64,000 nucleotides of DNA from an uncultured Planctomycetota bacterium (GTDB taxonomy: Bacteria; Planctomycetota; Planctomycetia; Pirellulales; Lacipirellulaceae). The stretch covers positions 1 to 64,000 of the forward strand of contig CAVRBU010000020.1 of the NCBI GenBank assembly GCA_963719315.1. Reading direction: 5' to 3'. This document shows, piece after piece, positions 62,728 through 64,000 of this stretch. A program made the position numbers and the translations under genes. The notes beneath the pieces are model-generated. The model worked only from the letters and a program-made list of their open reading frames with translations. It was not told the origin of the DNA and made no database searches. The first letter of the stretch is position 1. Each line of letters opens with the position of its first letter.

Positions 62728-64000
62728 TTATGCCGCTTCGCGTCGAAAGTACGGCCCCTGATTCTCTAGTACTTGTTCCAGTAGACCGACAGTGCGGGCG
62801 GTAGCGCCGAGATTGGATTGCACGAGCGTTTGAGCGCGACTGCCGAGTGCGGCGGCGTATGCCGGTTCTTCGAGACAACGGCGCACGAAGGATGCGAGCG
62901 CGGCAGCGTCGTTGACGACGACGGCGGCATCGGCTTTTTGAAGTGCGGCGACGATGTCGCGGAAGTTCCAGGTGTGGGGGCCGAAGGAGACGGCGGCGCC
63001 ATAGGCGGCCGGTTCGAGCATATTCTGTCCGCCGCGGCTGCCGAAGCTGCCGCCGACAAAGGCGATGTGTGCAGCGCCCACCAGGCGCCGAGCTCGCCGA
63101 CGGTGTCGACGAGAACGATGGGCCGGCGATGCGTAGCATCGCGGCTAGTCAGACTTCCATTCCCGCTTGGGGAGGGGTTAGGCGAAAGTTCGAGGTGCGA
63201 GCGGCGGAGCCATGGAATGTGGGAGGCGTCGAGTTGTTGCGCGACGACGTTGAATCGTTCGGGATGGCGGGGGACCAGGATTAGGCGCAGCCGCGGGTGC
63301 TGCGGCGCGAGACGGCGGAAGATGTCGATCGCGACTTGCTCTTCGGGCTCTTGCGTACTGCCGGCGAGGAAAACGATGTCGTCCTCCGCGATGCCGGCGA
63401 GCGCGCGGAACATTTGTGTACGCTGGTTGTGGCGATCGGTTTGAGCGCCGTCGTACTTAAGTGAGCCGGTGATATGGACGCGCTCGGCAGGCGCGCCGAG
63501 TGCGCGGAAACGGGCGGCGGATTCGTCAGTTTGGGCCGCGATCAGGTCGATTTGTCGTAGAATGCGGGCGACGAACGGGCGGACGCGGCGATAGCCAGGG
63601 AAGCTGTGGTCGCTAAGCCGGCCATTGACGATCGCGACGCGGGCGCCGTGCTCCCGGGCGGCCATGATGAGATTTGGCCAGAGCTCCAACTCGGCAAGAA
63701 CTAGCATCGTAGGCCGGATGCGGCGCATGGCGCTGCGAACGGCCCAACTGAAATCGAGTGGGCAGTAAAAGACTGTGAGGTCGGCGTACTTCTTGCGAGC
63801 CAGTTCATAACCGGTGCGGCTGGTCGTGGAGACGACGAATCGCCAAGCGGGGTGGGCCGCACGGAGCTCACGAAGCAGCGTTGGCAGCAGGTTCACTTCA
63901 CCGACACTGACGGCGTGAATCCAGATGCACGTGTCATCGCCTTCGCGCCGCGGCACGAGCCCCAGCAATTTCTCACGAAATCCTTCGCGATACTTGCCGG
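62728..64000 (-). CDS. waaA: Kdo transferase (frameshift near 63075; N-terminus beyond the window)
   Basis: IWIHAVSVGE, PLDF, ELELWPN, GSLKYD, VPRHPERF, GGQNMLEPAA. Confidence 0.93.

Noticed and set aside
1166..63968. Frameshifts in integrase, istA, HNH, GDSL, lyase, cyclase, prenyl synthase, UbiB kinase and waaA as programmed frameshifting or mass pseudogenisation
   Set aside because: They hit unrelated and probably essential genes as single-base indels, often at homopolymers; long-read assembly error is the simpler explanation

Overview
GC-rich bacterial chromosome segment. Gene content (DUF1580, tandem tatA, BBP7/Lpg1974-type beta-barrels, PEP-CTERM protein, many REP families) points to a Planctomycete, which is an inference. 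Many genes carry single-base frameshifts, most likely long-read assembly errors. Left to right: edge of an integrase-bearing element at tRNA-Val(CAC); two tatA genes; a complete IS21 with a 6-bp target duplication; housekeeping and accessory genes (ECF sigma, ferredoxin, two-gene PFOR, uvrB, comEA, nadC, rpsU, trmB, rpsR, waaA); several toxin-antitoxin modules; a putative type II R-M pair; a terpene cyclase-like / prenyl synthase / halogenase-like / glycosyltransferase cluster; and a minimal type VII secretion-like operon (WXG100 proteins plus an EssC/EccC-like FtsK ATPase) followed by HNH, HEAT and HigBA cargo. Most notable: the T7SS-like operon in an LPS-making diderm, diverged duplicates of gene 3' ends (FtsK, comEA) bracketing inserted cargo, a cyclase lacking DxDD, and palindromic MITE/REP elements, some translated in frame inside proteins. 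All family calls come from motif recognition by eye; no searches were run.
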